Shown here: in pieces, positions 23,111 to 36,516 of the stretch
How positions within the stretch are numbered: position 1 is the first letter of the stretch
How the letters are laid out: each line of letters begins with the position of its first letter
Assembly (NCBI GenBank): GCA_043228905.1
Contig: JBHGNT010000009.1
Location: 11,842,001-11,906,000 of the forward strand
Length of the DNA stretch: 64,000 nt
From: Azolla caroliniana
Taxonomy: Eukaryota; Plantae; Polypodiophyta
Direction: 5' to 3'
Notes under the pieces: generated by a model
Told to the model about the DNA's origin: nothing
What the model saw: only the letters and a program-made list of their open reading frames with translations
Database searches by the model: none
Translations under genes and position numbers: made by a program

Positions 23111-26100
23111 GGACCAATTGGCAACGGTGAGGCGATCGACGCTGGACCAGACCGTACTGGACACAAGTCATGTCCTATTGTTCGTTAAATCGGTGGACGC
23201 AAGGGATCGGGAGCAAGTGAGCTTCCTTCTAGAGACCAATGCCGGCCTAACAACCGAATGGGCCGTGGTAAAGAGAGTCTGCGACCATTTTGACAAACGG
23301 CGTGAGTGGGTCGATAAAGGCTTGACAGGGGCGGGTTCTGTTGCGACAAGGAAGGTCGAGGTACCCCCACCGGCGCGAAGGGAAGAGACCCAAGACTAGC
23401 TCGAGACCAGCTCGACTTCGACCGACATGGTCAAAGGCTTGTCAAGAGGAGTGGCTCTGGAGGATCTAACTCAGATGGTGAGGGACCTCTAGATTGCACA
23501 AGCACGGATGGACAGCGGCGAACAAGTCCGTGACCGAAGGCCTCCGGTTGGGAACCGGTGCTTGTGGTGCAACACAATCGGCCACGCCCGAAAGGACTAC
23601 GGGGACTTCGCCGAAGTGATAAGAGCTAACATGGTGTACCTATGGAACGGTCGGTGCATGCTAGCGAGACCCAGAGAGCCCTGTATCTGAATGTCGGACG
23701 AGGGGGTATGAAACGACTGATGGAAGAAGCGGCGGCTCTCCACGCGGAGACCGTCCACTACTCGGCATCGGCTAGAATCCGGGTTGGAAGTGATGAAGTC
23801 TAGAAGACGAAGGAAGCCGGATTCTGGCCGCTAGTGCTAGAAGGCCTCACCGGCGTACGGTTGAGGAAAGAGGAAGCGGACCGCGCGGAAAAACGGGTCG
23901 GGGAGGTAACCGGGTGGAGTGACTCGGTCAAGGAGAAGACGGGCTTCATTGAAGCCGCTTGCCAGAACTATGAGGTTCTGGTGGAGGACAAGTGTGTAGG
24001 TAAGACCAGAGGGGCCGGACCCTCACAACGGTATGAGACCCGGTTCAAGCAAAAGCAGAATGATGCCGGTGTTACCGGCGGACCGGATAAAGCCAAGAGG
24101 GCCGAGTACCGACTGAGCACGGAGATTGAGAGGACCATGGACCTGCGAAAGGTCCTCGAGGAACGTATCCTCGACAGCAAAGTGGAGTTGTCATTGAGGG
24201 AAGTGCTCGGAATCACCAAGAAGGAGTTCCACGACTCCATCATAGACTTGGTGAAGCGGAAAAGGCTTTTGACGGAGCCGGAGCTGGAGAAGCCGGTGGA
24301 GATGCAAACAACACACCTGGAAGACATGGCCCTGGAGGACGAATTGGTAGAAAGCGACTACTCGAGGCTAGATTGGGCTAGGGCCACTACAGAAACCCCT
24401 GTTCGGATTGGGGACGTCTAGGAGCCGGTGGTAGCGTTGGTAGACCACGGTTCAGAGATCAACTTGATGTCCATGGACTTCTACAAGAAGGGAAAGTGGC
24501 CGATCAACACCAAGCACGGGTGGAAGATACGGACAGCAACGCGCGCCACGGAGGAGCTACACGGAGCCTGCTCGAATGTACGAGTAAAAATCGGTGATGT
24601 TGAGATCGATCAACACTTCTTCGTGCAGGAGACGTCCTTGCATCTGGTGATACTCGGAGAACCGTTCAGCATATGCGCGAGTCAAGAGCCAAGATGGGCG
24701 TCACTCAGTCTAGTTCATGACGGTGCGACCCTCGGTGCCGAAAACCGAGGTTATTTTTAGAGAGGGCTATCAAGGCGTGGGGCCGTGATAGTTCGGACAC
24801 CCCGGAAAAACCCCACAGATGTACTATAGGCAAACACACTTGCACCATCGGTAGGAAATTTTGGTTCTCCGGTAGTGGAGGTTGTACGATAACCGGCGTA
24901 GCTGGCCGGGAAAAGAAGCGGGTGGAGGAGCGACTTCGGGCATGTGGAGTCCTCGGCCCTGAAGAGGAAATCAACAGATCCGTGGAGGCAGTCTCTTTCG
25001 ACAACACCTTGGGGGAGTTACGGAAGGCCTTAATGAGGACCAGACGATCCCGGTATGTTCGGAAGAGATGTACGAAGTCATCGCCAACTTCGGTAATGGA
25101 CTCGAGTCGAAACAGACGGCCCGAGTGGATACGAAGTACAAGACTGTGGACCGGATGGTGAGGCCAGTCACGGCACCCTTGCTAGAGGGCAACGAGTTAC
25201 GGATAAAGGGGGTCGCGTCAGACCCAAGTTTACGAGATCCGGCCAGCATAGGACACACATTCACCGACATAACACTACGGGAGCTCAAGATCGGTGGGGG
25301 TGGCTTTCTACTGCCGGCGGAAGAAGACCGGTTTCAGAGAATGCTCGGGAGGCACGGGAAGGCTTTCGCATTCTCACTGGAGGAGATCGGGTGCGTAGAC
25401 CCGAAGGTTGTGGAACCAACGGTGATCTTCACGGTACCCCATGGGTACCCAGAGCTCACATCCCAAAGCTGATGGAGCTGCTGAAACAGAAGGTGGAGAT
25501 GGGCATCCTCGAACCATCGAGTGCCCCATATTCGAATCGGTGGTTTACCGTGCCAAAGAAGAACGACACACTGCGCTTCATACAAGACCTGCAGCCGGTC
25601 AACAAGGTGACCATTCGAAACGCAGGTATCGGACCGACCATCGATGAGTTCGCAGAGGCCTTCGTAGGGAAGTCGATCTACTCGGTCGGGATCTATACTT
25701 AGGGTACGATCAGTTCCAACTAGCCGTAGAGAGCAGGGATGTCACGACGATGCAGACTCCTCTCGGCCTAGTTCGAATGTGTACCCTGCCGCAAGGAAGA
25801 ACGAACTCGGTGGTGCACATGGTGAATGCGATAAACAAGGTGTTGAGGGACTGCATCCCGGACATCACCATGCCATTTCTGGACGACATCCCAATCAAAG
25901 GATGTCCGGTGGAGGACAAGGACAAGTCGGTCGGGCCCGACGGTTGCCGGAGGTTCGTGACGGATCACATCCGCGATTGCGAGAAGGTGCTACATAGACT
26001 TGAGAGTGCGCGGTTCACCTTCTCCGGAGAAAAATCAGACTTCGGACAGTCGGAGATCCTGGTGGTCGGACACCTGTGCGGGCCTTACGGCCGGAAGCCA

Positions 26101-28374
26101 TCCCCGGCGAAGGTAGAAGCCATCTCCGCGAGAAGGATGATTGTGGGTCGGTTACGGAGGTCCAAAGGATCCTGGGGGCGTGTGCCTTCTATCACATCTG
26201 GATTCCGCACTACGCGCATGTTGCGAAACCGCTCTACGGGTTATTGAAGAAAGGGCACCGATTCGAATGGAGGACAAAGATTGAAGGAGGCGCTCGCCGC
26301 GGCACCGGCTCTCCAGAAAGCAGTTTACGACAAGGAAATCCCGATTTACGTGACTGTGGACACAAGTCCGACTGGGATCGGATGGGTGATCAACCAAGAG
26401 GATGACGATGGCGCAAGGTTCCCCATCCGGTTCGGCACGAAAGTCCTTAGTGAGAAACAACGAGGGTACGCCCAGGTTAAACGCGAACTCTAGGGTATCG
26501 TTTCGGTGGTCAAGGCCGATAAAGACTACCTGATCAGGACCGAGGTGATAATCGAGACGGACTGCCTGCCGATTCTCGGCACGGTTTCCGGATGCACGAC
26601 GCCGAACCTGGCAATGCTCAGGTGGAAGCGTACATCAAGTCCCTAAATCCGAAAATACGACACATTTCTGGAAAAGACAATGCCATGGCCAACATGCTTT
26701 CGAGAGCGAGGGTCGATGACAAGGACGGCATGGTTTCGGAGGACGAGGAAGTCGGTGTGACTTCTTCGAGGCGGCTTACGTAACAACAAGGAAGGGGAGC
26801 ACTCCGGCGCTTAACGAATTCGATGAGAGCAAGTACGACGGGGAGTGGCTCCAGATCGGCGAGTTCCTAAAGACAATGACACCGGATGCGACGTGGACAA
26901 AGGAAGAGACCAACCGGATTCGGAAGAAAGTGTATCGATTCTTCCTATGGGATGGGAGCATATGGAAGCACCCGAAGAAGAGAAACGACATCCCGCTCTG
27001 AGTGGTGGTGAGGAAAGAGGAACAAGAAGAATTGTTGATGGCATACCACCAGAGTCCCTGGGCCAAACACCGTGGGACGTGGGCCACATTCGAGAAGCTA
27101 AAGGGGAAGTACTGGTGGCCGGGACTATACCGGGACTTGCATCGGTTCGTGACGACTTGCGAAAGCTGTCAGGTGCACTCCATAGTCCGACATCAGGATG
27201 AGCTTCACCCGACCTACCCTTCGACCGTCCACTTTAAGTGTGGCACGGATTCGATAGTTGGAGCGGAGACCAGAGGACATGGACCGAGCCGCGGAGAAGC
27301 TACGGGTGGCGAGGGTAAAGAACAAAGGACGGTTCGACCGGACTCATCGACTGAGACCAAAGAAGATTGAGGAAGGCGATTGGGTTCTAGTGTATGACAA
27401 CAACCTCGACAACCAGCACCGGGCAATGTGGAAGTTTGCAAGAAGGTGGTTCGGGCCTTATGTGGTGACAAGTGCCAACAACAATGGGAACTACCATCTC
27501 GCGAAGCTCGACGGGACAAGGATGGCGGTACTGGTGGCGGGGAAAAGGATCAAAGCATTCAAAAAGCGGCACGAGGCTGAACCGAACCCAGACAACCTGG
27601 ATGGCGACAACGACCGCCTCGGAACGGATGTCGATCCGGAAGACGAAGGATAAGAGTGGGCCGGTCTTCTCCGGCAAGAGTCTACTTTTGGTGCATACCG
27701 GTGGATGCACGGTTAGGTGGGGGTGGATGTCGTGGAGAAAACCGTCCCTAGGTGGAAACCGGGTATAACGTGCGTAAACCGGCCCTTACACATGGGCACA
27801 AGTTTTGTTGTATTCTACGTAGATAAGTACAAGTCGGGTGAGGTGAAATCCTAGGTAGCACGCATTCATTAGGAGAAAATCGAGGCGTATCCTTGTCCGA
27901 AAGGACAGGGAATAAACATGATGTAACGGGTGGTAACGGCCTCCCTCCTTGGGCTATAAAAGAGAGGGAGAGGTATTGTAGAAAGGGGTATCGCGTTTTT
28001 TTGGAGGATGAAGTGCAACCGGACTGGAACCGAGCTCTTCTCCTTTGTCTTCTCCATAGTCGTTCTATGCAGGTTTTCGGGAGGCTGACTCTGCTCTGCA
28101 GAACGCCCAAGTGCTTCCGGTAGAGTCTCCATCTCGCGTTCTGTGTGTGCATGTGTGTGTGGGTGCAGGCGTCGGAGCCTATCACTCGCCGGCTTGCCGG
28201 TTGTAACTCCTTGGTTTACTTATATATATACATTCGATATCTCTCCATTGTTCAACTCTTGTGAATCTACGTGTCTATGCATGTGTCCTTCCCCTCTTCT
28301 CATTCGGTTATTTCTCGGTCCGAGGCCCCCGTGGTCCCGCCTCGTTCTCCACGCACGCGCGTAACAACGCGACA
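23110..28374 (+). mobile_element. Ty3/gypsy of the same family group as 5278-8484: gag-PR-RT-RH-IN remnants and 3' LTR
   Basis: Gag is similar to ORF 6777..7724. Motifs: PR LVDHGSEINL, RT LPQG..FLDD, RH VDTSPTGIGW, IN H..H/CESC (core deleted). PPT at 27711-27727; LTR 27728-28374 (TGTCGT..CGCGACA). Confidence 0.88.
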
Positions 28375-28448
28375 CCGTAACCACCCCTTTGGTGAAGTGA
28401 TCCAGAAGGACACCCTGTGTTAGCGGCTAGTCCAACCTAGGAGTAACA
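28375..28448 (+). repeat. 3' end remnant of an LTR related to the 42031-42469 family
   Basis: accacccctttggtgaagtg..ccctgtgttagcggct..aaca resembles the reverse complement of 42031-42100. Confidence 0.65.
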
Positions 28449-28683
28449 ATTATCTTTCACGCTTTATGCATAACCCCAGCCTTTTGCATTAGAAATCACT
28501 TTAGAGAGTTATGCGATATCTAAAACACATGTTTAAATATGGATTAACATATAAACGATACCAATCAGAAAGACCAATCACTAGTTGGTTGGTCTGATTC
28601 AGATTGGGGGGCATTGATACTCGAAGATTTATTGCTAGTTTTTCTTTTATAACGGTAGGAGCAATAATCACTTGTTTATAAAA
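28449..28683 (+). pseudogene. Old copia RT/RNaseH junction fragment
   Basis: Translates RVMRYLKHMFKYGLTY...LVGWSDSDWG. Confidence 0.6.
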
Positions 28684-31660
28684 TGTTGAGAATTGACCGG
28701 CCACAACAGGTTTCACATACGCGTTCGGGTGCATAGAAAACGAGCAAGGTAATGCATAGACAAAAAATGGGGGGGGGTAGAAAACAAAATAAAACAGAGA
28801 GAATAGAGACACCGAAGTTTAACGTGGAAAACCCGGAAGAGAAAAACCACGAGGGTCCACAAACCCCAAGAAATGGAATCACTAAGTAGAGAGGAGTACA
28901 ATAAGAAACTCGGAGGCAACGACCTCGAGATCTTCTTCGTCAACAGACGATTGCAGAGTTACACTCTAGTTCTCACAAACTTTCTCTCTCACAATTATAG
29001 AGGCAACTACCTCGTTCTAACAATGATCAACTAGACCTTACTAAAGTTTGCCCTAGTTGTATATATACTTATACAACTTTATGGCTATTTTGACTATTTA
29101 CAAATATTGTCTCCCAAGTTGGCTATATCCTTGATTTCGGTTTCGGCCTCGGCCGAGTTACTCATCAACTCGGCTCTTCTCTTCCCATCTGGAGGGACCT
29201 ATTTCCCAACAAACTCCCCCTTCACTCCGGCATGGAGTACTTCCCCAAACCGACTCTCTGTCGGCACGCGTTTAGCTTTTCGGCTGACAACACCTTCGTC
29301 AACATATCTAATCTATTTTCAGCTATGTGGATGTTCATTAGAGCAAAGTCCTTCTCTTCAACTCGATCTCAGAGTGAATGGTATCTCCTCTAGATGTGCT
29401 TGGTTCTCGAGTGGTAGGTGGCATTCTTGGCAAGATGGATGGCGCTCTGATTATCGTAGTAGAGTCGAAATTCTTCCTGCCGAACTCCCAGCTCACCGAT
29501 AAAATCCTTCATCCATGTTATTTCCTTGCCGGCTTCTGCTACGGCCATATACTCGGCTTCCATGGTCGATAACACCACGACCTTTTGCAACCTTGATTGC
29601 CGCGAAACATCTCCCCATGCATAAGTCATTACGTACTTGGACGTGGATCGGCTAGTATCCACATCAGCTGGCATGTCTGAGTCAATATAACCTTCTAGTG
29701 TGGGGTTACCCAAGCTGAATCGAATACACACATTTGAGGTGCCTTTTAGGTACCGAAGTATCCACTTTACGACAACCCAATGCTCTCTTCCGAGGTTGTT
29801 CATATATCGGCTGACCACTCCGACTACGTATCCTATGTCCGGCTTGGTACATACCATTGCGTACATCAGACTTCGAACTGCCGAGGCCTAAGGGGCTTTT
29901 TACATCTTGGCCTTCTCGGTTTTTAATTTCGGACATTGACCTTTGCTTAGCTTGCAGTTTGTTGGCAGTCTTAAGCCGACCAGTTTCACGCTTTCCATGC
30001 GAAATCTCTGGAGCACTTTTGTCACGTACTTCTCCTATAACAACCATACCAATTTCTTTGTTCAATGCCGAACAATGTGCATTCCCGGGATTTGTTTTGC
30101 CAGACCCATATATTTGATCGAGAATGACCTACTCAAGGCCTTCTTCAAGCTTCCGATTTTCTTTGGGTCCTGTTCGACAATCAGCATGTCATCAACATAC
30201 AACAGGAGGATGAGAAATCACCTCCATCATACTTCTTAACAAAGATGCAATGATCAACTTGTGTCTTGTCGAAACCATGATCCACCATGAAGGAGTCAAA
30301 TTTTCGTTACCATTGCCGAGGTGCCTGCTTCAGCCCATACAAGCTCTTCCTCAATCAACATACTAGGTTTTCTTTACCTTTCTCCACGAATGCTTCCGGC
30401 TGGTGCATATATATCTCTTCCTCCAAATCTCCATGAAGGAAGGTAGTCTTGAAGTCTGATTGTTCGACTTCGAGATCCATGCTAGCCGCGATGCTCAACA
30501 TTGTTCGGATTGACATCATCTTTCTTTGGAAATATTCGGGGGGCTCTTCTTTCTCTTAGGGCGTATCTTCGGCCTCCATTCGGCACGGTAGGTTCTTCTT
30601 CGACTTCTTCGGCCGAGTCGAATTTGGTTCCTTGTTCGGCCAGTTCCCCTTGCTCTTCAGTCCGTTCTCGATTTTTCCGAGTATTAAATCGGCCGACTGG
30701 TTCGGATTCGATTTCGATCGAATCGACTTCTACTCGATTCAGCCAAGCTGTGACTCTGCTCAATTAGGTAGTTGGAGACTTATTCTCAATCTCCCAATCG
30801 ACAATCATCTTCTCTTCCATAAAGATGACGTCTTAGCTCCTAATCACCTTGTTCTCGGCTAAGTCCCATAGTTGATAGCCGAATTCATCATTGTCGTAGC
30901 CGAGAAATATGCATTGCCAAGGTTTCGGATCTAGCTTCCCCCTCTGATCCTTTGCAACATGCACATAGGCAAGACAATCGAACACCCTCAGATGTCGGTA
31001 TGAGACGTCTTTGTTGCTCCACACCCTTTGTGGAATATCACCATCCAAGGGTATTGAGGGTGATCGATTTATTACATACGCTATCGTCATTAGCGCCTCA
31101 GCCCAGAACGTCTTTAGTAACTTCGCATGTGCAAGCATACTTCAGACCCTGTCCATTATGGTCTGGTTCATTCTCTCGTCCATCCCGTTAAGCTCTAGCG
31201 TCTTCGGCATGGTATAGTCGAGCCGGATTCCCGGCGCTCAACAATATTCTTCGAATGGTCTGTGGTACTCTCCGCCATTATCCGCTTGAACTGCCTTCAG
31301 TTTTGGGTCGGTTTCCCTCTCGGCCCTCACTTGGAACTCTTTGAAGACGGATAGCACTTGATTCTTTCGTCTTCAGCACAGAATCCCACAACTTCTGGCT
31401 ACAATCGTCTATGAAGGTCATGAAATACTGTGAACCAGCATGCAACTTTGTGCCCACGTAGCATACGTCCATATGCATGAGTTCCAACGGCATTTTCTTC
31501 CTCATCGAGGGTCTCGATCGGAATGCGGTTCTGTTTTGTTTGCCGACCAATCAATCAACACCTTTGTCCATATGCAATTTCTTTACCTCCGGTAGGAGTT
31601 CCATTTCGGCTAGCAACTACATCCCCTTCTGGCTCATGTGGCATAGCCTCTTGTGGGGAT
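28684..31660 (-). mobile_element. Ty1/copia 3' half (IN-RT-RH) with 3' LTR, degenerate
   Basis: LTR 28684-29211 (TGTTG..CAACA) with PPT at 29214-29228. Motifs: RH STMEAEY/HSRTKHI and IN HMDVC..FIDD, FWAEAL. Confidence 0.88.
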
Positions 31661-34600
31661 CATTGATGGGCAGGGACACAATGGTCCCAAAGCTTTTCTT
31701 TCCTTGCAAAAATGTTTTCCAATTAATAAAACAATCAATACTTTGTCTAATACAATGGATGGATTTACCTACTACTTTGGTGTGGAAAGTCATGGCACAC
31801 AAAATAAAGGGAGCAGGAAGATGTTGGATGCATTGTGCACTTTAGGGATGATTAAAAGCGATGACATAATTTCTCGTATGCTTCTTGAATATTCAGATGT
31901 GGATATAGTCAAAATATTAGAAAATTGCTTGAATGAGAAAGAATGTGACAAGAGATTTGTTCATGTAAATTTTGTTGATATGTACCTTCGTATTGTTGAT
32001 TTTATTGAAAAAAATGGTTGTATAGCTAATAGTGAAATAGTTGGCAATAGCTATCATGAAATGGCTAAAAAAGCAAGTAAAAATAACTATGCAATAAAAG
32101 TTAACACTAAATATAAAACAATAGACAAAAAGGTCAAGCCCGTGGCCATGCATCTACCTATGGATAGTACTGAAATAAAAAAGAATGTCATGTTTGAGCC
32201 AACATTGCGGGATTCTAAGGATATTGGTCATAAGTTTATAAATGCTGCTCTAGATCAACTAAAAATTGGTGAGAATGATTCTCTTTTGCCTGTTGAGATA
32301 CAATATTTTCGAAATATGATTGCTAGTCATGGGAAAGCATTTACATTTGAGTCGAGTGAAATTGGTTGTGTAGACCCAACATTTGTGGAACCAATGATTG
32401 TATTTACAATTCCGCATATTCCTTGGAATTTAAGGCCTATCCCTGTTCCTCAGGCCCAAATACCGCAAGTAATAGCTTTGCTAAAGGAAAAAATAGAAAT
32501 GGGTATCTTGGAGCCATCAGATGCCCCCTACTCGAATAAGTGGTTTACTATACCTAAAAAGAACGGTTCATTAAGGTTCATTCAGGATTTACAGCCTATC
32601 AATAGAGTTACTATTTGAAACGTCGGTGTTGGATTGATTGTAGATGCCTTTGCAGAAGCTTTCGCAGGAAGAGCTATATATTCTATGTGTGATTTGTATT
32701 CAGGATATGATGAATTTCAGCTTGCTATTGATAGTCGTGATATAACTACTATAAGAACACCAATTGGATTGATGCGAATGTGTGCATTGCCTCAAGGTGC
32801 TACAAATTCAGTGGCACATATGGTGAATGCTATGAATAAAATTTTAAGAGATTTTGTGCCAAAAATAACTATGCCTTTTCTAGATGATGTTCCAATTAAA
32901 GGATGCTCGATGAATAAGAAGGATGAAAAACTCATGGCGAACTGATGTAGAAAGTTTGTTGTAGACCACATTGATGCTTGTGAAAGAATCCTTTCAAGGT
33001 TAGAAGAGGTTCATCTTACATTTTCAAGTCAAAAATCTATGTTTGGGGTTCCCAAAGTTCTAATTGTAGGGCACATGTGTGAACCCTACGGAAGAAAGCC
33101 ATCCCCAATTAAGGTAAATGTAATTCAAAATCTAAAGGATGATTGTAAATCTCTAATAGAAGTGCATAGGTTTTTGGGTGCTTGTGTGTTTTACCGAATT
33201 TGGATTCCACATTTCCACATGTGGCTGATCGGCTTTATGGGTTGCTTAAAAAGAATTCAAGTTTCCTTTGGACTAATGTACATACAGATGCAATTCGCCA
33301 ACTAAAGCAAATGTTGTTGAATGTCCCTATTTTACGGAAGGCTAGGTATGATAGTGAACACCCCATCATTGTTATTGTGGATACAAGTCCAATTAGGATC
33401 GGTTGGGTTGTTAACCAAGAAAGAGAAGGATGAGTTGAGATACGCAGTTCGATTTGGTGCAAAAATCTTAATAGAACGCCAAAGAGCTTACCCACAGATT
33501 AAAAGAGAGTTATGGGGCATGTTAACAACTATTAAAACAAATCGTGAATACTTAATTGGTGCTAAAGTTGTGGTTGAAACAAATTGTCGTCCATTGCTAG
33601 GAATGATTTCAAGTTGTGAAACATCTGATATAACTATGGGTCACCTACTCGAAATTAAAAGAGAAGTTTTGGTGGGCTGGAATGTACAATGATGTTGTAG
33701 ATTATGTACAATCATGTGAGAACTACCAAATGTATTCGAATATTCGGCATCGTGAGGGGTTCCAACCTACTTATTCTTTATCTCTACATTATAAATGGGT
33801 TGTGGATATTGTAATGATGTCTGTGGGGCTTTGGCAAATGAGATATCGTGTATTAGCAAGAGAAGATTTGACAAATCAAGTGGAAGGCTGACCCCTACGC
33901 CAAAAAACCACTTCAGTTGTTTGTAAGTTCCTTCTTGAAGATGTGATATGTAGGTACGGGTGCATTGGGAAGATTGTTGTAGACAGAGGAGAACTAGATT
34001 CTAACGAAGCTGAACAATTTTTTTCAAGAATGGGAATTCGACTGTCCTTAACTACGGCATATAACCCTGAAGCTAATGGGAAGGCTGAGCATGGACATAG
34101 CCCTATAGTAAAAGCTTTGGTGAAAGCGTGTGATGGCAAACCGAACCTCATCTATTACCATATGCACTATGAGCTGACCGCACTACTCACAGTTCCGTAA
34201 CTAGCTTTATATGCCATCAGAATTGATACTTGGTCAAAAACCAATTATGCCAGTAGAGCAATCGGTATTTTCCTGGGTTGCCTTGCCATGGGCAGATGAA
34301 ATGAGTCGAGAAGATTTGCTTGCTCTTAGAATAAGACAACTAGAAAGAAGGGATGAAGATGCTCAAATAACTACAGAAAGGATGAAACAATGTCGACTAC
34401 GAAACAAAGAAAGATTTGATAAAACCCATCGCCTTCAATCAAGAAAGTTCCAAGAAAGTTCCAAGAAGGTAATTGGGTCATAGTTTATGATAGCAGCTTG
34501 GATAACCAACATAGTACTTCTCGCAAATTTGCCAAAAGATGGTTCGGGCCATATATCATTAGACAAGTGAATAAAAATGCAACGTATTTCCTAACTGAAA

Positions 34601-35449
34601 TGGATGGAGTTGCTTTAAAGTTACCAATTGCAGGAAAGCAAATTAACCTATCCAAGAGAAAGGATGATCAAAGCACTAACTTCCTCAACGAAGATGACAT
34701 CCATGAAGCTAAAGAAGGAGACATTCGTTGGCGCATGCCAGAGGATGCGTAGGTCTAGAGGGGGAGGATGTCGTGACATTTCCATGCCACGATGAGGAAA
34801 TAACCTCTACCAATTTATATGAGCTTATTCAAATGTTTGTAAAAGGTTATATGAAGTGCAAGGCCTCAATGAATAGGAGTGTCTGGGGGTTTATGTGTCG
34901 TGAAGGATTTGCTTCAGGATAGAAAAATAAACTAAAATATTGTATTGAATAACATTCGAGAGACTTGAACCCACAACCTCACATACCAAACACAAGGCAC
35001 ATGCCATTAGGCTGGGACATTTGTTCTTTTAAAGCTATATTTTAATGTTCGTACGTATGCCATGTATATTTTCATACATGAAAGCTCGAATGCGTGGGAT
35101 GTCTATCATGCATCACATGCAATGCATGAACGCCAAATGGCGATCATGCATCACATGCATTTCATGCACTATATGCATATCTTGTACCCTCACATGCATC
35201 ATATGCATGGAGGCACTTATTTAAAGAGGGAAAGGGAAAAGAGTGAAGGGGGAAACATGAGACGAGGAATATTATTGTACTAGGAGGAACAAGCTATATT
35301 ATTGTAACAAAAATATTTTGTAATCATCTTCAAATATCAATACAAGTTATTTCCGTTTCTCCTCTTTCTTTGATCAGAAGCCTGGTGCTTACTTCCCGGA
35401 TTCGTGATTTTCTTTTCGTTTCCTCTCCTACGTCGAGATCAACGCAACA
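31661..35449 (+). mobile_element. AT-rich Ty3/gypsy pol (RT-RH-IN) and 3' LTR, same family group as 23110-28374
   Basis: Motifs: RT DLYSGY..LPQG..FLDD, RH VDTSPIRIGW, IN TTAYNPEANG and KRWFGPY. PPT AGAGGGGGAGGA; LTR 34769-~35449 begins TGTCGT. Confidence 0.87.
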
Positions 35450-36516
35450 ACGTAAGCCTACGAGGGACGATCTCCTTATCGGAGCCTTCGAATCATGTTT
35501 ATCGCTGTCCTAGTGTTGTCGGTGTCTCCGAAACTAGCTTGAAACTCTTTAACAAATGCGTCAAAATCCTCTAGCAATGGTGATTTCTTCTCGAGAAGTG
35601 GTGCGAAGTTCCCACTAATCCCACACGAGCAACGTCAGTTGGATACCGATTGGGATGTAGCTAAATAACAAGACGAACTTGATTCAAAAAGCCTCGAAAT
35701 AAAGACCTCATACAATCCAACTTGGCGGGGAGGCTGATCTTTGGCTCTCTAGGGGAGTTTTGAGCCCCCGACACTTATTCTCATAATGAAAATATAATCG
35801 CCTTGAGTTGATGAACCCGTTGTGATAACTCTTCATACTATTGAGCTTTTTCAGTGATCACTTGTTGTAGGTCTCCAAGTAGCCTTTGATTCTCATGCTC
35901 TAATGCCACAAATTTATTCGTGAGCATGTCGAGCTCAAAAAGAACACGCATGTATTCTTGTTTGCTCGAGGCGAGGGGAGAGGAGAAGGAAGAAGAGAAC
36001 TTGTTAGGGTTTGTCGAAGACGAAGAAATGAAAGAAAATTTGGTTCAAACTGTCGAGAGAGAGAGAGAAAGAAGATAGAGAGATAATTGAAAAGGAATTA
36101 TTATATTGAAGAGTAAATGGATTACAAAGAGTAGGCAACAGAGTACTACAAAATGGCATTGAACCAATTTAGGTTTGGGATGAGTGGTAGATCCCAATTT
36201 ATAAGTAATAGAGAACACTATAGAATATTCTAGGTTATCCTAGAATGTAGAGTAATCTAGAATATCTCTAGAGTATTCTAGAAGGTTCTAGTGTATAGAA
36301 TACTCTAGAATATTCTAGGTCATTCTAGAATATAGAGTAATATAGAATATCCCTATGATATTAGATTTCATATTCTAAAGACTATACATGCAAGAATATT
36401 AATACAATGGCTAAGGATTTGACATGTATACAACAAGGTCGTGGGTTCAAATCCTTTTGAGGCATAATGTGAGTGTCATGATGCTTTCAATGCATGATGT
36501 GAGTGTTATCATGACA
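35450..36516 (-). mobile_element. Tcn1-like chromovirus 5' fragment (LTR and gag start)
   Basis: LTR 36051-36516 is highly similar to the reverse complement of 57283-57794. The gag remnant matches 57880-58430. Confidence 0.88.
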